This document shows positions 61,971 to 64,000 of a DNA stretch of 64,000 nucleotides, in pieces (position 1 is the first letter of the stretch; each line of letters opens with the position of its first letter). A program made the translations under genes and the position numbers. This DNA comes from an uncultured beta proteobacterium (GTDB lineage: Bacteria > Pseudomonadota > Gammaproteobacteria > Burkholderiales > Burkholderiaceae_F): NCBI GenBank assembly GCA_963712485.1, contig CAVQID010000019.1, positions 42,684-106,683 of the forward strand. The letters are read 5' to 3'. The notes below the pieces were generated by a model that saw nothing but the letters and a program-made list of their open reading frames with translations, did no database searches and was not told the DNA's origin.

Positions 61971-62637
61971 GTGGCGCGTCCAAAGGCAGCGAGCTTCGAC
62001 GCGCAGCGCGGTGCGATCCGCGACGCGGCTGCACGTCTGTTCGCCGACAAGGGCTATGCGTCGGCGTCGATCGCGGACATCGCCGCGGCCTGTGGCGTGT
62101 CCAAGGCGCTGCTTTATCACTACTACCGCGACAAGGAGGATCTCCTCTACGACATCGCGGCGAGTTACGTGGACAGGTTGCAGCAGATCGTCGACGAGGT
62201 GCGCGGCCGAGCGTCTGCCGGCCGTCGCGCACTTGCGGCGCCTGATCGCGCGCTTCATGGCCGAGTACGAACACTCGGCCGAGCGCCATCGTGTGCTGGT
62301 GCAGGACGTCAAGTACCTGTCGCGACCGCACCGCGTCCGGGTCGTGGCGCGCCAGCGCAGTGTCGTCGACGGCTTCGCCCGGGTGATCGGTGAACTGTCC
62401 CCGGCCGCCGCGTCGCCGGCGCTGGCGAAGCCCTTGACGATGACGCTGTTCGGCATGATGAACTGGACCTTCACCTGGCTCGGCGATCGTGGCCCGCTGC
62501 GTTACGACGACATGGCGCATGTCGTGGCGGATCTCTTCATCGGCGGACTGGGCCGGGTACGCGGTCCCGTTTTGCCGGGTACACCGAAGCGCGCTGCGCG
62601 GGCGCGACCGGACCTGACCCTGAAGGCAAGCGCATGA
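61971..62637 (+). pseudogene. paaR: TetR-family transcriptional regulator (PaaR-like), one frame break
   Basis: The HTH region IRDAAARLFADKGYASASIADIAAACGVSKALLYHYYRDKEDLL is in the frame of 61971 (GTG start). The ligand domain is in ORF 62011..62637, with the break near 62205. It sits between paaE and paaJ and overlaps the paaJ start as ATGA. Confidence 0.7.
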
Positions 62638-63833
62638 CCGACGTCTTCCTCTGTGATGGCGTACGCACGCCGTTCGGCCGCTACGGCGGCGCGCTGGCGA
62701 GTGTGCGCACCGACGATCTGGCCGCGATACCGATGCGGGCGCTGGTCGTCCGCAACACGGGCGTCGACTGGACTGCGCTCGACGATGTCTATTACGGCTG
62801 CGCGAACCAGGCGGGCGAGGACAACCGCAATGTCGCGCGCATGGCAGTCCTGCTGGCGGGTCTGCCGGAATGCGTGCCGGCGGCAACCATCAATCGCCTG
62901 TGCGGCTCGAGCCTCGATGCGGTCGCGCTGTGCGCACGGGCAATCCGCGGCGGTGAAGCCGAGCTGATGATCGCCGGCGGCGTCGAAGGCATGACCCGCG
63001 CGCCGTTCGTGATGCCGAAGGCCGAGTCGGCGTTTGCGCGCAGCAACGCGGTCTACGACACGACACTCGGCTGGCGCTTCGTCAACCCGACATTCAGGCA
63101 GAAGTTCGGCATTGATTCGATGCCCGAAACGGCCGAAAACGTGGCCGCTGAATTTGGCATCGCGCGCGCCGACCAGGATGCATTTGCACTGCGATCGCAG
63201 CAGCGGTACGCGGCTGCAAAGGCGCGCGGCTTCTTCAGCGGTGAAATCGTCCCGGTGACGATTCCGGGGCGCAAGGGCGACACCGTCGTGACCGAAGATG
63301 AGCATCCGCGCACGACGACACTCGACGCGCTCGCCGCGTTGAAAGGCGTCGTCAAGCCTGAAGGCACCGTCACCGCCGGCAATGCCTCAGGAATCAACGA
63401 CGGTGCAGTGGCGCTGCTCCTGGCGAGCGAACGTGCGGCCGTCAAGCATGGCCTGAAGCCCGTGGTTCGCATCGTTGGCGCGGCTACGGCGGGAGTACCT
63501 CCGCGCATCATGGGGGTCGGGCCGGCTCCCGCAACGAAAAAATTGCTGCAGCGGTACGGGCTCCAGGCCGCCGACGTTCAGGTCATCGAACTCAACGAAG
63601 CCTTTGCAGCGCAGGCATTGGCCGTGACGCGGCAACTCGGTCTCGAGGACGACGCGGCGCATGTCAACCCGAATGGCGGTGCCATTGCGATCGGCCACCC
63701 GCTCGGTGCCTCAGGCGCGCGCCTCGCATTGACCGCATCGCGTCAGCTGGTTGCGATCGGAGGACGTTACGCGGTGGCGACCATGTGTATCGGGGTCGGG
63801 CAGGGGATCGCCCTGCTTGTTGAAAGGGTTTGA
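62634..63833 (+). CDS. paaJ: 3-oxoadipyl-CoA / 3-oxo-5,6-dehydrosuberyl-CoA thiolase
   Basis: 399 aa thiolase. The active-site Cys is in [10 protein letters not shown], and the C-terminal motifs [17 protein letters not shown] and CIGVGQG are present. Confidence 0.9.
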   Translation: MTDVFLCDGVRTPFGRYGGALASVRTDDLAAIPMRALVVRNTGVDWTALDDVYYGCANQAGEDNRNVARMAVLLAGLPECVPAATINRLCGSSLDAVALCARAIRGGEAELMIAGGVEGMTRAPFVMPKAESAFARSNAVYDTTLGWRFVNPTFRQKFGIDSMPETAENVAAEFGIARADQDAFALRSQQRYAAAKARGFFSGEIVPVTIPGRKGDTVVTEDEHPRTTTLDALAALKGVVKPEGTVTAGNASGINDGAVALLLASERAAVKHGLKPVVRIVGAATAGVPPRIMGVGPAPATKKLLQRYGLQAADVQVIELNEAFAAQALAVTRQLGLEDDAAHVNPNGGAIAIGHPLGASGARLALTASRQLVAIGGRYAVATMCIGVGQGIALLVERV

Positions 63834-63913
63834 ATTTGTTCTTATTCGCTTCCACCGCGTTATCTCGGTTGCCGTCCAGCCGGCACCGTCGTTTTGCCCA
63901 TAAAAGGAGACAT

Positions 63914-64000
63914 ATGAAGTTCACCACCCAGCTCTTGGCCGCCGTCCTCGCCGCCGTCGGCGTCGGCGCCGTGCTCGCGCAGGACATCAAGGTCGGCGTG
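63914..64000 (+). CDS. periplasmic substrate-binding protein (LivK/branched-chain-amino-acid type), 5' fragment
   Basis: RBS AAAGGAGA precedes the ATG. The signal peptide MKFTTQLLAAVLAAVGVGAVLAQ is followed by DIKVGV, which is typical of the family-1 SBP N-terminus. The gene is truncated by the window end. Confidence 0.55.
   Translation, partial: MKFTTQLLAAVLAAVGVGAVLAQDIKVGV

Noticed and set aside
60961-62886. 641-aa minus-strand ORF spanning paaE, paaR and the start of paaJ.
   Set aside because: It crosses three independently recognisable plus-strand genes and has an Arg/Pro-rich nonsense composition.
1-64000. Searched by eye for rRNA, tRNA, tmRNA, CRISPR arrays, IS/transposase, integrase, phage, toxin-antitoxin and known defence-system genes.
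   Set aside because: None found. I saw no regularly spaced direct repeats, no T-loop or acceptor-stem-like tRNA pattern that held up, and no DDE, tyrosine or serine recombinase motif. The window is core chromosome rather than an accessory island.

Overview
High-GC (~67%) chromosomal core segment. Gene order suggests a betaproteobacterium of the Burkholderiales or Rhodocyclales type, but the taxon is inference.

Gene content, left to right:
- glyS-plsC-ygjP-gloA.
- The minus-strand lptD-surA-pdxA-rsmA operon.
- amgK-murU-pepP-ubiH-dusB-fis-purH, then ruvC-ruvA-ruvB.
- A tonB-exbB-exbD-exbD-TPR energising module and an orphan SoxX-like cytochrome c.
- Two tandem paralogous TonB-dependent receptors plus a Yej/Opp-type peptide ABC importer, all on the minus strand.
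- ybgC-tolQRAB-pal-cpoB, then yeeE plus an MBL-fold hydrolase, then an FAD monooxygenase/DUF2783 pair.
- A phenylacetate (paa) cluster: paaY ... paaN | paaGHIKABCDE-paaR-paaJ. It is split by an antiporter-ybdK-amidotransferase module.

I saw no rRNA, tRNA, CRISPR array, transposase, integrase, phage gene or recognisable defence gene.

The most striking property is at least ~45 single-base frame breaks in otherwise well-conserved genes. There is an extreme hotspot at ~7.57-12.16 kb (lptD, amgK, murU, pepP) and a second one in the TPR gene at 22.8-24.0 kb. I read these as consensus or assembly indels rather than biology, but this needs read-level checking.

I did not find a convincing new multi-gene system. 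The signals worth follow-up are:
- two families of structured intergenic repeats (17.2-17.6 kb; 42.8 kb and 46.0 kb);
- a 17-nt candidate operator shared by both receptor genes;
- a structured 378-nt spacer with an orphan minus-strand terminator between two divergent mini-ORFs;
- an unusual ABC-importer architecture;
- the antiporter-YbdK-C26 amidotransferase module;
- repeated 9-mers in the paaN/paaG control region.
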